Position numbers and translations under genes: made by a program. From positions 1 through 64,000 of the IMG/VR virus record IMGVR_UViG_3300027782_000025: a DNA stretch of 64,000 nt; one strand, 5' to 3'. Positions 34,839-45,578 of this stretch are shown here, one piece after another. The notes beneath the pieces are model-generated. The model searched no databases. It saw only the letters and a list, made by a program, of their open reading frames with translations, and was not told the DNA's origin. Every line of letters begins with the position of its first letter. Within the stretch, counting starts at the first letter, position 1.

Positions 34839-35516
34839 ATGATCGATGAAAATTTCAAAATTAATCCGTGCGATCCCGATGATTTTACGAGATGTTCTTT
34901 ATGTTTTGATATAGGGGCACATATAGGTAATTGGTCTTTGCAAAATATAAATAATTTTAATAAAATAATTGCGTTAGAGCCATCTACTAAGACTTTTGAT
35001 ATATTAGTGAAAAATTGTGCTAAACACAACATCATTTGTTTAAATTATGCTATAAGTAATGATATTAGAGAACAGATCGATTTTTATGAAGCCGATGAGG
35101 CTTCTGATATATCTTCGATAAATAAGAACTGGTTATGCTCGAAAGAATCAAGATTTTTTGGTCTTAAACACTCTTTAACCACCTGTAAATCTACCACCTT
35201 AGATAGGCTTGTAGAATTGTATGGAACACCTGATCTTATTAAAATTGATGTAGAGGGAGCAGAAGATTTAGTAATTCTATCTTTATCAAAGAAGGTTAAG
35301 ACTCTTTGCTTTGAATGGGCGCGAGAATCTAATTCTGTCACCACACAATGTATTGATCATCTTCTAAGCATCGGATTTACTAAATTTTATGTTCAGTTTG
35401 AGGATAAATATAGCTATGTTCCAAATGAAGAAGAATATACGGATGATTTAAATATTATTGAGTATTTGCTCACCAAAGAATTAAAATGTGATTGGGGTAT
35501 GGTTTGGGCTATTTGA
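34839..35516 (+). CDS. FkbM-family methyltransferase
   Basis: FDIGAHIG; ALEP; TTLD; IKIDVEGAE. Confidence 0.9.
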   Translation: MIDENFKINPCDPDDFTRCSLCFDIGAHIGNWSLQNINNFNKIIALEPSTKTFDILVKNCAKHNIICLNYAISNDIREQIDFYEADEASDISSINKNWLCSKESRFFGLKHSLTTCKSTTLDRLVELYGTPDLIKIDVEGAEDLVILSLSKKVKTLCFEWARESNSVTTQCIDHLLSIGFTKFYVQFEDKYSYVPNEEEYTDDLNIIEYLLTKELKCDWGMVWAI

Positions 35517-35600
35517 ATTTTTAAAAACAATTCTTCTATAATAAATGAAGGTATTTATAATAAGTATTTCCATTAATCATTTTCTTCTAAAGGATAATAT

Positions 35601-36224
35601 ATGCTTCTTGATTTTATAGGATTAATAAAAAAGTATGATATGAAAATAAGAGGAGTGATACATGTCGGGTCACACCATGGGCAAGAAAATAATCTTTATA
35701 ATTTAATTAATGTTAAAAATAGGATTTTTTTTGAGCCTCTAGATTCTAATTTTTCTGTTTTAAAAAATAATATAGAGCCAACACACACCTTGGTCAAAAA
35801 AGCATTGGGAAATGATAATAAAAAGGTGAACATGTATGTGGAGAAGCAGAATTCTGGAATGTCAAGTTCGATCTTAAAACCGAAGTTACACATTACACAA
35901 TATCCGCATATTGTCTTCGATGAAACAGAAGTAGTCGAAATGATAAAATTAGATTCCTTTGAAAAAGATTTAACTGAATTTAATCTTATGGTAATCGATG
36001 TTCAAGGATATGAGCTCGAAGTCTTTAAAGGTGCTCAGAATTCACTAAAAAATATCGATTATATTATTTCGGAGATAAATAGAGATGAACTTTATGAAAA
36101 CTGTGCTAGGATCGATCAGCTCGTAGAATTTTTGAGTATTTATGGGTTCGAGTTGGTAGAGAGTAATTGGGCTGGAGGCACATGGGGAGATGGGCTATTT
36201 ATTAAAAGAGGCAAAAGCTTATGA
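35601..36224 (+). CDS. FkbM-family methyltransferase
   Basis: VIHVGSHHGQE; FFEP; IDVQGYELEVFKG. Confidence 0.9.
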   Translation: MLLDFIGLIKKYDMKIRGVIHVGSHHGQENNLYNLINVKNRIFFEPLDSNFSVLKNNIEPTHTLVKKALGNDNKKVNMYVEKQNSGMSSSILKPKLHITQYPHIVFDETEVVEMIKLDSFEKDLTEFNLMVIDVQGYELEVFKGAQNSLKNIDYIISEINRDELYENCARIDQLVEFLSIYGFELVESNWAGGTWGDGLFIKRGKSL

Positions 36225-37009
36225 TAACCGTTAATAATTTTGGCCCATCTGGTCGATTAGGTAATCAAATTTTTCAATTCGCATTGTTGTTCGGTTTACA
36301 TAAATTACATGGATATGAGATACATCTTCCTTTAAATAATGGATGTGAATTTTGGAAATGTTTCGATATAAAAAATATAAAATTATATGATTATCTTATA
36401 AGAGATGACGTCAATACTTTTAAAGAAACATTGGGTTATAACAATTACGATGATTGTGTTTTACAGCAACCGGATAATACTGAATTTTATGGTTATTTTC
36501 AATCATATCTTTATTTTGACAGGTATAGATCCGAATTAATCGACTGCTTAAATTTTCATAATGATATAATCGAAAAAAGCGATAATATATTGTCAGGTTT
36601 TAAAGGCCCACTTATAAGCATTCACGTTAGAAGAGGTGATTATATAGATCACCCGCAATGGGGAGATCTAATTAAAGAAGGATATTATGAAAAAGCTATA
36701 GAAGATATAAATGATAGCGAAGAGGTTTTAGTGTTTTCAGATGATATCGATTTTATTAAAGATTATTTTAAAACTAATAAAAATTTTAATATTATTGACG
36801 AAGATGAATACGTTTCTTTGTGCATGATGACCAAGTGCGAAAGACATATTATCGCGAATAGTAGCTTCTCATGGATGGGTGCTTATTTAAGTGGAAAGGA
36901 CAATGTCACTTGCCCAGAAACTTGGTTACCCTCTTTATTTCCGAAACCAAATGATATTCAAAAAGACATAACAAAACAATGTTGGAATAAAATAAAGTCT
37001 TTTATTTAA
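36221..37009 (+). CDS. Alpha-1,2-fucosyltransferase-like (GT11)
   Basis: GRLGNQIFQ; SIHVRRGDY; IIANSSFSWMGAYL. Confidence 0.9.
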   Translation: MITVNNFGPSGRLGNQIFQFALLFGLHKLHGYEIHLPLNNGCEFWKCFDIKNIKLYDYLIRDDVNTFKETLGYNNYDDCVLQQPDNTEFYGYFQSYLYFDRYRSELIDCLNFHNDIIEKSDNILSGFKGPLISIHVRRGDYIDHPQWGDLIKEGYYEKAIEDINDSEEVLVFSDDIDFIKDYFKTNKNFNIIDEDEYVSLCMMTKCERHIIANSSFSWMGAYLSGKDNVTCPETWLPSLFPKPNDIQKDITKQCWNKIKSFI

Positions 37010-37244
37010 ATAACCATCCCACATAGGTCTCTCAAATATTCGGGCCGCGGTTGAATTTGTTAAAGTCAGGTTATTAGAGCCGTGGCAGAGCGTTGTAATA
37101 TTTTAATTGTTATGAAAGACTAATAACTAGCGTGACGGGTTTTTTTAACTTGTTGGCATACTGAATTAGAAAGAAACAGCAAAAATTCTAACTTGAGCCG
37201 TTGTCACACTTTATTATTACTGACGCTGTTCGTCTTCGTTGTCT

Positions 37245-37790
37245 TTATTTTGAAGCGGCTGGTCCAATGCCCATCCTTGCCATTTTTGCTGCAGAGTCTG
37301 CGTATGGGTCTTTAGTGCCAATGTTTTTCTTTACTGGCCCCTTGTCCTGTTGAAAGTCAGATCCCTTGCGCTGTAGAGCGCGTTGGTTTTGCCATATCTT
37401 ATTTCCATCCGGTAGTGTGCGAGTTCTTGGCTTTGGCTTGCCGTCGACATAAGGCATCGGATCGTGACCAACTGTTAGCTTTGGTGCCCCTGGTTTTCTA
37501 GGTGCTAGTCGATACGCTTTATTTTTACTTCTTAAACTAGATGGATCTAAAACTTCTAGGAGATGTAATAATCTGTCTATGCTTTCTTCGACTGGTTCTT
37601 TTTTGGCGAAGGGATTCCCTTCTTTTTCTTCTTTTTTGGCGAATGGGTTTTCTTTAGGAGTTTTAGCTTTTTTGCGTAAAAACTCTGGTTTTGCTCCCAT
37701 AGCGTCGCCGGTTTCTTTTTGCTTTTTGGTCGGCGTCTCGAGATCTTCGTTCATTAGTCTTGATACACTATCGATATTATATGCTGACAT
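37245..37790 (-). CDS. Lys-rich protein with Glu-flanked SIDRL spacer (putative head protein)
   Basis: N-terminus ..RLMNE; internal PVEE-SIDRLLHLLE. Confidence 0.7.
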   Translation of the reverse strand: MSAYNIDSVSRLMNEDLETPTKKQKETGDAMGAKPEFLRKKAKTPKENPFAKKEEKEGNPFAKKEPVEESIDRLLHLLEVLDPSSLRSKNKAYRLAPRKPGAPKLTVGHDPMPYVDGKPKPRTRTLPDGNKIWQNQRALQRKGSDFQQDKGPVKKNIGTKDPYADSAAKMARMGIGPAASK

Positions 37791-37838
37791 TTTATTCTCC
37801 TATATTATTATCTTTTATTAAAATTAATAAATTAAATA

Positions 37839-38981
37839 TCAATATTCTGCGTAGTCTCTGAGCTTGTCATAGAGTTTAGCGAGGAATCTGGAATGGTCGA
37901 TTACTTTTTTAAATCTCTGCTTTTCGGATTCAGTATTACCAGCTTTGCTTAAGGTGTTTTTGAGCTTATCCTCTGTTTGACCAAGAAAGGCTATTTCTGT
38001 AAGGATTTCTTCGAAATTAGATAAGTTACGGATGAAGTCGTATAGGTCACCTAGATATTCTCGCTGTACATTCGTGTTCTTATATTTTAGATATAATTTA
38101 TCTAATGAGCCTATATCTAGTTTAGATTTAATGACCATTAGGATGTTTTTAGCTTGTGTGATTATAGCAGATTGTAGTCTACCTAATTTAAGACTATGCT
38201 CTCTGGCTTTTTTGGCTGCTTCTGGTCTAAACTTATTAACTAATTGCCCAAAATAACCTGGTTTTTTATAATAGCCTGTGTCTTTCTCAGAGGTTATCTC
38301 TATGTTTTTATATTTCCTATTAGTTAAAAGTCTTAAAGCTTTCTCCTCACTATCGGCTTCGATGTGTCCGTGTTTGCGTATGCCGGTATTAGGATCATTA
38401 GCTATATATTCATATGTTTCTTCGGTTATTGGCTTTTTATTTTTCTTTTTGTGTTCGAGAGCTATAAATTCTTTTAAGCCTCTTATTAGACTACTGACAT
38501 CTGGTTCGATTTTAAGAAAGAGATCTTTACAGTTAGCTTTTAGAGTGGGCAGAACTTTGGCTAAGAAATATTTCGATAAAGCCGCAGGGTCTGTAACGTC
38601 AGCGTTGGCTGGGCGCTTTAGTCTCTGTTCATTAGATTTAATGATGTATTTGTTACGCTTGGTGTCAAATGTCGCTATTTTTATAGGTAGTGCGGCGCTA
38701 GGAAGTTTACTTAAGAAGCTAGGTGACTTTTTTAAATCTAGACCCAGATTAACATGGCGATAGTGGTAATCTATTACCACATTTACATATTTTTGGTTTT
38801 TTCTAGACTGCACGATCTGAGATACAGGGCCAATTTGTTTAGTCTGGCCGTTCCTATCTGTAAAACTGATTTGGTTTTTCGCCGGTATAAATGAGTATAC
38901 TTCATCTGCGGATCGGTCTTTAAGAGGTATAACCTGCTGGGTGCTTCCCACCACTTCATTTATAAGCTGATATAATCTCAT
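37839..38981 (-). CDS. Hypothetical with MRLYQLINE leader (putative head protein)
   Basis: 380 aa; leader class shared with other zone-3 genes. Confidence 0.75.
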   Translation of the reverse strand: MRLYQLINEVVGSTQQVIPLKDRSADEVYSFIPAKNQISFTDRNGQTKQIGPVSQIVQSRKNQKYVNVVIDYHYRHVNLGLDLKKSPSFLSKLPSAALPIKIATFDTKRNKYIIKSNEQRLKRPANADVTDPAALSKYFLAKVLPTLKANCKDLFLKIEPDVSSLIRGLKEFIALEHKKKNKKPITEETYEYIANDPNTGIRKHGHIEADSEEKALRLLTNRKYKNIEITSEKDTGYYKKPGYFGQLVNKFRPEAAKKAREHSLKLGRLQSAIITQAKNILMVIKSKLDIGSLDKLYLKYKNTNVQREYLGDLYDFIRNLSNFEEILTEIAFLGQTEDKLKNTLSKAGNTESEKQRFKKVIDHSRFLAKLYDKLRDYAEY

Positions 38982-39006
38982 ACTTTAATTTTGATCATGC
39001 CGTTGG

Positions 39007-39564
39007 TTAGACTATTGTTTTTTGTATGAATTCTAATTTATTATAATAGCATAAGTATTTGCCAATAGCTAGAACTGGTCCTCTTTTAGCGCATTCTTCG
39101 GCATATAAACCATCTTGAGAATATGTCTCTAGTCTTCTAACGCCTTTTGCATATTTATATTTCACCATAAAGCTGGCTGTGTCTATGTGTTCTACTTTAG
39201 GTGTTGCGGTCGCCTTTAGTCTACTACGTCCGCTTTGATCCAGCTGTCCCCAAGTTACGACAGCGAAGTCATCTAATGCGAGAGCGAATTCTACCGATTG
39301 AAACCATTTTTCGTGAATAATATTATCGTCATCTAAGACATATAGCCAGTCTTCATTTTTAAATGGGAAGTTATCATATACATGATTTATAGCCTTTGTG
39401 CCAGCAATTCCATTTTTACTACACATTAGGGTAGTTGTGTTAGGATACCTTGGGACTCCCTCTGGATTATCATGGCATATTATCCAATGTGCTTGTTTTG
39501 GTATGGAGTTATACATCTCAGGTAGGTTATATGATCTTGAGCATGGTGTGATTATATAGAGCAT
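39007..39564 (-). CDS. Glycosyltransferase family 2-like
   Basis: IITPCSR; WLYVLDDDN; IDTASF..DG. Confidence 0.7.
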   Translation of the reverse strand: MLYIITPCSRSYNLPEMYNSIPKQAHWIICHDNPEGVPRYPNTTTLMCSKNGIAGTKAINHVYDNFPFKNEDWLYVLDDDNIIHEKWFQSVEFALALDDFAVVTWGQLDQSGRSRLKATATPKVEHIDTASFMVKYKYAKGVRRLETYSQDGLYAEECAKRGPVLAIGKYLCYYNKLEFIQKTIV

Positions 39565-39606
39565 AAGGACTCGATGTTCTTGGCGTATTTGTTATGTTAT
39601 ATATAC

Positions 39607-42600
39607 TTATTCTTCGTCTATGTCGGATAAGTTAATGTCGTCGTCTGCGGTGGTATCTTTGAAATTTTTAAGATGCTCTCTTGCGGCTATGGCTTCACCT
39701 CTGAGGCGTCTTCGTAAATCATATTGAATGTTTTTTTGTTTTTTATGTTCTGGCGCTGGCCACTCGTGTTCCCAAGCGTCTTTTAGCGAGTTTTCATAAT
39801 CTTTATTAAGTTTTTTTTCTTCATCATGAAACGCTCCTATTAATAAACTCTTAATGGAGCTGGGTATGGTTCGATCATCTAATATCTCTTTTGGCGGATA
39901 GGGTTCTTTATATGAAAATAAATCTGCTCCGATTTTGAAGTTTTCGGCTCCTTTTTCCTTATATTCGTCCGCTTTTGCTTTGAGCGCTATAATAGATTGC
40001 TGAAACTTGGGTGGGTAGCTTCCAAAAAATCTGGCTCTTATTTTATTTATCGCTTTATCTAGCCAATTGCTGATAGGGTAATATTCTTTAAATTCCCTTC
40101 TACGCCCCCAATAGTCTTTTCTACTAGCTTCATATATAAGTGGCATTAATCTGTCTATAGCTTCGTCGGTAGTATCTGTCAAATTAATATCATCGTGTGG
40201 CACTATATCCTTTATCTTTAACTCGATTTCAGCTAAAAGATCTTCCCTAGTCATAACCGCCACATGTTCGGCATACGGCATTTCCCAAGGAGCGTTTAAG
40301 ATTAATAACTCGGTTTTAGGATCTTCCCATCTACCGTTATCATATCTGGGATTGTCTTTATCGAACGGCTTGATTACATCTTCAGCATAGTAGTATGCAT
40401 ATTCAGGGTCCTGTTTAATGGCCATTTCTCCTTCTGGCCATCTTCTTTTTAAAACATACTGGGCATAAAATAATGATGATTTTGCATCCGTAGAGATGAT
40501 TGGTTCAGCTTGCTTCCAAGGTCTATCAAGGACGTAATTCGCATAGAGGTAGGAAGCATAGGGGTGAGTTAGTATCTTAGGTTCAGCTTTGGGCCATCTT
40601 TTTTTTATAACGAATCTTGCCGTGGTGTAACATTCAAGAGCGTCTCGGCGGTTAATATCATAATCTTCTGGATCGACTTTATTCTCAGCTATAAGCGGCA
40701 TAAATCTATCGATCGCTTCTTCTGCGGTTCCAGACAGATCGGTCTCGTCATTTTTTATGAAAAACTGAGATGTTGATTTTACTTCATCTAAGAAGTCTTT
40801 AAATGGTATTTTTACTAGTCTATCAGCGTAAACTTTTGCGCGCCCCAGGTCTTTAATTATTATTGGTTCTGCTATATACCACCTTTCACCTAGTACAAAT
40901 TGAGCATAAAGCGATGCTACATGCGGATCTTTAATAATGGTACGCTCGGCCTCAGGACATCTCATTTTATTGACATTATCCTTATCTAAACTCCTAAAAT
41001 AAACATAATTAAATGCATTAATAGGACTCATCCTTTCAAAATCTGGTAGCTCTTCAGCATTCTCCATAATAAGTGGCATTAATCTATCGATCGCTTCTTC
41101 GGTTGTGTCAGTAAGATTCCTGTTTTCGTCTGGGAACATTTGACCCATTCTTATATCGACATCAGCTTGAATAACCTCTAGTGGCATGTGCGCAACATAT
41201 TGGGCGTAAAAGTAGGCATACTTTGGATCTTGCAATATGAATGGCTCAGCATCTTCCCACCTTAATTTATCCCTCTGGCCTGATTTACTATAGATATCTC
41301 TGGCATAAATATAAGCCCACTTTGGACTTTTCATAATATATTCTTCAGCATTAATGAATCTTTTCTTTCGATCGGCTTTTCTAATCGGCTCATGGTTTAA
41401 GACATTCTTAGCGTACGCTGAAGCATATTCTGGGTCATGTTTTATGATTTCTTCTGCGTCACTTAACCATTGTTCACACTTGCCATCTTGGTCCATTTTT
41501 AGAATGAAATTATATGCATAATTATAACATTCTTGTGGTGTCAGCTTTTTAGGATCTGGCAGAAGCCCTTCGATAATGAGCGGCACCAGTCTGTCGATTG
41601 ACTCATCAATACCAGTTAAGTCTTTGTCTTCTTGTGGGTGTAAGTCTCTTCGAATAGCTTCGACTTCTGCTAAAAATTGCTCATACGGCATCTGTGCTAT
41701 ATTTCTAGCATACCTTTCGGCCCAGCGTTTATCTCGTATTATGTAAGGTTCGGCCTCTGGCCACCTTATACCGAGGTTTTTACGTCTGTTTATTACATAA
41801 TCGACATATTCGTAAACATATTCTGGTGATGTTATTATATATGGCTCTGCCTCTGGCCACCTTTTGCCAAGATTTTTGCGTTTGTTGATAACATAATCAG
41901 CATATCTGCAAGCATATTCTGGTGATGTCTTTATAGATGGCTCTGCCTCTGGCCACCTTATACCGAGTCCTTTCTCTTTGTTGATAACATAAACGGCATA
42001 TTTGCAAGCATATTCAGGTGATGTCTTTATAGATGGTTCGGCCTCTGGCCACCTTTTACCGAGGTTTTTACCTTTGTTAATGGCATCTAACGTATAAAAG
42101 AAAGCATATCTTGGGTCTTTCATTATATATGGTTCGGCCTCTGGCCACCTCTTACCGCGGTTTTTACCTTTGTTCATATAACGGTAGATTTCATACTGAG
42201 TCATTTTGCTTGGGTCTGGCTCTTTTTTGTTTTCGCTGATAAGTGGCATCAGTTTATCGATCGACTCTTCGACGGTGTTGGATAAATCCAAATCATCCCC
42301 GCTAGTTAATTCCGATATCTTCATCTCTGCGTCTGCCTTAAGATCTTCAATTGACATTTTGGCTACCTCTGTACAATAAGCATATAGGTAATAACCATAA
42401 TCATCAACATCATCATCTTCGAAATGCTCTATTATTCGTAATTCGACCATTGGAGCTAATCTGATTTTACTTATATCGGTGGCATAGGACAGGGCAAATC
42501 GAAGATCCTTTCCTCCTAAAATAAGCGGTTCAGCAGCTTTCCAAGTGCCCTTTATAACGTTCTTAGCATAATTGAACGCCCAGTATTGATCTGTTAATAT

Positions 42601-44634
42601 TATGGGTTCGGCTTCGACCCATTCACCTTCTATGATGTATTGAGCATACTTATAAGCATACTCAGGTGATTTTAGGATTTCGCTTTCCTGCTTGGGTGTA
42701 AGTCCTTCTTCTTTAGCATTCTTCTTATCTAATGCTATATGAAAGAGCGCCATTGCGCGACGATTATCTTCACTACTTTCCACGATTATCTGCGTGGTGC
42801 TTTTTAATCCTTCTTCGGTGGTTTTAGATAGATCTAGATCATCAGCTGCATTCAGACCATTTAACTTTCTTTCTATATCCGATTTTAAAGCTTCTATCGA
42901 CATCTCAGCAACATTATTGGCGTAGAGTTCGCATATTTCGCTTTCTTTTTCTGAGTCATTTTCGGGTATGACAGGGTCGTGGTCTTCTAAGATTCTTGAC
43001 TCAGTCTCTATATCCCATCTTCCATTATCGTGATCATAGTCAGCTTGGTTAGAGGGTTTTATGATATAACGTGCATATAAATAAGCGATATAGGTATTGT
43101 TCTTTATAACGTTTTCGGCTGTCTTCCATCGCCTACCTAGGACATCTTTGGCATATGCATAGGCCCAGTATGGTTCAGACATAATCGTAGGCTCGGCTTC
43201 CTCCCATCTTTTGCCTAGGCATTTGCCATCATTAATAACATCGCGAGCATAATAGTAGGCTGCCCCCGGGTCTCGCATCATAACTGCTTCAGCCTTGGGG
43301 TCTGGCTCATAGTCTTCGCCATGTAGTTGTTTAGTCTTGTAATCGGTTATGGCATAAGTATAAACCGTAGTTGGTGTCATAGTTGAATAATCGCGTTCGA
43401 CTACAGCCTCAACAATGAGCGGCAATAAATTATCAATGGCTTCTTCAATAGTGTCTTTTAAGTCGATTGAGTCATGATAATGAAGATCGTTTAATTTATT
43501 TTCGATATCTTCACGTAATTCATCTTCTGAAGTCTTTGCCACGTGCTCTGCATAGTATTTTGCCGAACCACTATTAATTATACCTAGCTCTATTTCGGGA
43601 CTCTTCCAACGTTCCATTAATATGTCTCTAGCGTATCCATACGCTAGATGTGGATCAACCACTATGAATGGTTCAGCTTCTAACCATCTACCTCTATCGT
43701 AATCTGGATTTTCTTTATCATACGGCCGTATTACAAGCAAGGCATAATAATAGAGGTAATCTCTATCGTTATGTTCAATGCCTATATTTTTTAGAATATA
43801 TGGTTCGGCTTCAGGCCATCGACGTTTAAGATGATCTATGGCATAATGCACCATTACTCGAGCGCTGCTAGTTCTAACGTCTGGTTCGGGGTGTTTAAGG
43901 TTCGGATCCCACTTTGATTCTTCAACCACGTTCGTAAAATCTATGTCTTGGCCTGTATGTAGCACCTCTAGACGATAGTTTACTTCATCGTTTAATTCTT
44001 TGATCGTAAGCTCCGGTGCAACTGTGCGAGCATAAAGGGAGCCATAGATACTATCCAGAATTCTTCTCTCAGTCTGCGGATTATCATATCTTTTAGGATG
44101 TTTAAGATCCATACAATATAACGTGGCTATATAAGGATCATTAGAGATTACTGCCTCGGCATCTTCAGCATGTGGACCATCCCACTGATGCTCAAGGGCG
44201 CTTTTAGCATATTCGTAAGCCCAGTCTGGTCTAGAGGCCATAACTCGTTCTATCAAAGGCCACTTGCCCTTAACCAATTTAGCGTAATGTAGAGCAAGAT
44301 TTGGATCGGTACTAATCTTATCTTCGGCATAACGCCCTATTTCACTGTCAGGCCAAGGACCATCTAAGACATTTATTGCATAATACGCTGCAGCCTTAGG
44401 GTCTTCTTTAATGACGACTTCACCGTTAGGCCATTCTCGATAAAGGCGATTTTGCGCAAATAAATAGCAATTAAATGGCGTCCAATAAGGATCATTAGGC
44501 ACAGGGTCTTTATGTGATTTGGGTCGGTTTTGAAACGATGGCTCTGAGATATTCCGATTTTCTATAAGCATATGTTTTATAGCATCGATAGAAATTAGAA
44601 GATCGATACCGACTTGGTGCTTTTTATTACTCAT
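39607..44634 (-). CDS. 1675-aa multi-module 26-aa-repeat solenoid protein (putative polyprotein)
   Basis: Eight RWPEAEP-repeat modules plus one unrelated C-terminal domain, each ending in an acidic DxxxTxEE-like tail. Confidence 0.85.
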   Translation of the reverse strand: MSNKKHQVGIDLLISIDAIKHMLIENRNISEPSFQNRPKSHKDPVPNDPYWTPFNCYLFAQNRLYREWPNGEVVIKEDPKAAAYYAINVLDGPWPDSEIGRYAEDKISTDPNLALHYAKLVKGKWPLIERVMASRPDWAYEYAKSALEHQWDGPHAEDAEAVISNDPYIATLYCMDLKHPKRYDNPQTERRILDSIYGSLYARTVAPELTIKELNDEVNYRLEVLHTGQDIDFTNVVEESKWDPNLKHPEPDVRTSSARVMVHYAIDHLKRRWPEAEPYILKNIGIEHNDRDYLYYYALLVIRPYDKENPDYDRGRWLEAEPFIVVDPHLAYGYARDILMERWKSPEIELGIINSGSAKYYAEHVAKTSEDELREDIENKLNDLHYHDSIDLKDTIEEAIDNLLPLIVEAVVERDYSTMTPTTVYTYAITDYKTKQLHGEDYEPDPKAEAVMMRDPGAAYYYARDVINDGKCLGKRWEEAEPTIMSEPYWAYAYAKDVLGRRWKTAENVIKNNTYIAYLYARYIIKPSNQADYDHDNGRWDIETESRILEDHDPVIPENDSEKESEICELYANNVAEMSIEALKSDIERKLNGLNAADDLDLSKTTEEGLKSTTQIIVESSEDNRRAMALFHIALDKKNAKEEGLTPKQESEILKSPEYAYKYAQYIIEGEWVEAEPIILTDQYWAFNYAKNVIKGTWKAAEPLILGGKDLRFALSYATDISKIRLAPMVELRIIEHFEDDDVDDYGYYLYAYCTEVAKMSIEDLKADAEMKISELTSGDDLDLSNTVEESIDKLMPLISENKKEPDPSKMTQYEIYRYMNKGKNRGKRWPEAEPYIMKDPRYAFFYTLDAINKGKNLGKRWPEAEPSIKTSPEYACKYAVYVINKEKGLGIRWPEAEPSIKTSPEYACRYADYVINKRKNLGKRWPEAEPYIITSPEYVYEYVDYVINRRKNLGIRWPEAEPYIIRDKRWAERYARNIAQMPYEQFLAEVEAIRRDLHPQEDKDLTGIDESIDRLVPLIIEGLLPDPKKLTPQECYNYAYNFILKMDQDGKCEQWLSDAEEIIKHDPEYASAYAKNVLNHEPIRKADRKKRFINAEEYIMKSPKWAYIYARDIYSKSGQRDKLRWEDAEPFILQDPKYAYFYAQYVAHMPLEVIQADVDIRMGQMFPDENRNLTDTTEEAIDRLMPLIMENAEELPDFERMSPINAFNYVYFRSLDKDNVNKMRCPEAERTIIKDPHVASLYAQFVLGERWYIAEPIIIKDLGRAKVYADRLVKIPFKDFLDEVKSTSQFFIKNDETDLSGTAEEAIDRFMPLIAENKVDPEDYDINRRDALECYTTARFVIKKRWPKAEPKILTHPYASYLYANYVLDRPWKQAEPIISTDAKSSLFYAQYVLKRRWPEGEMAIKQDPEYAYYYAEDVIKPFDKDNPRYDNGRWEDPKTELLILNAPWEMPYAEHVAVMTREDLLAEIELKIKDIVPHDDINLTDTTDEAIDRLMPLIYEASRKDYWGRRREFKEYYPISNWLDKAINKIRARFFGSYPPKFQQSIIALKAKADEYKEKGAENFKIGADLFSYKEPYPPKEILDDRTIPSSIKSLLIGAFHDEEKKLNKDYENSLKDAWEHEWPAPEHKKQKNIQYDLRRRLRGEAIAAREHLKNFKDTTADDDINLSDIDEE
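41740..42175 (-). repeat. Five 96-bp tandem coding repeats
   Basis: CTCTGGCC at 41755, 41851, 41947, 42043, 42139. Confidence 0.9.
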
Positions 44635-44716
44635 AAAGATATTGCCGTGCTACATAATATTAATATATTATATATTTTAATAACATACGGATTAAAACGA
44701 TCTGTAGTGATTATAT

Positions 44717-45556
44717 TTATTTTGGCGAGACGATGATAGGATAATCTGCTTCTTCCTCAGCCATAAAAAGATCAGTCTTTAGTCTAAAATTTATCTCCGC
44801 TTGCTTGCCGAATTCTCTCCAAACATCGCTACGACAGACACATTTAATCGTGTTAGCAAGATCATCTATGGAAGACTCGATTATACTGCCTGACAAATTA
44901 TTCAGCTGACTTATCTCGCTGATAACTGTCCTAGAGTTAATAATGGGATAGAACATTCTTACTTGCTCTTGTCTATTATAAGGCTCAAAAGCGTGAAGAT
45001 TGAGGATAGTTTTACTATCTTGGATGTACTTATCTAACTCAAAAGAACCATAAATCCATTGTAACTTAATATCATTATAAAGGCTTTTTTGAAGACTGTG
45101 AAATATCTTAAATCTGCGTTCATTCATATACCCATAGAATAGAACATCGAAATATGGCTCGTTTTTCATTTCGATTTTTTGTAAAGTATTAGTATGCAAG
45201 ATAGGAACTAAACGATTAACCTTGATACCGTTTTCTGCGAGAAAAGCACTATTTAAAAAATCAAAATCCCAGATCTCGTCCGCACCGTCTATATTGGATA
45301 TAGTCTTTTTTACTTCGTGCCAGTTGCTTCCTGCCATCAATTGTTCTAACTGATATACTATGATCTTCTGACCGGGGAATTTCTTTTTGATTTCTTTCAC
45401 TGACTCAAGTATGTATGTTCCGAGTAGAAATGTAGTATTTTCATGCTTTGGATTATCGAAATGTTCCAGCATCATACTTGTTACGTGACTAAAGAATTGA
45501 TTTAATTCATGAATTTTTATGAATTGACCAGAAATTACTTTAGCCGTCGTCGTCAT
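44717..45556 (-). CDS. Glycosyltransferase-like protein
   Basis: FDVLFYGYMNERR...ILNLHA..EQVR...VISE resembles GT-B C-terminal lobes. Confidence 0.5.
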   Translation of the reverse strand: MTTTAKVISGQFIKIHELNQFFSHVTSMMLEHFDNPKHENTTFLLGTYILESVKEIKKKFPGQKIIVYQLEQLMAGSNWHEVKKTISNIDGADEIWDFDFLNSAFLAENGIKVNRLVPILHTNTLQKIEMKNEPYFDVLFYGYMNERRFKIFHSLQKSLYNDIKLQWIYGSFELDKYIQDSKTILNLHAFEPYNRQEQVRMFYPIINSRTVISEISQLNNLSGSIIESSIDDLANTIKCVCRSDVWREFGKQAEINFRLKTDLFMAEEEADYPIIVSPK

Positions 45557-45578
45557 AAATAGATGCCTTAATGTTTTT

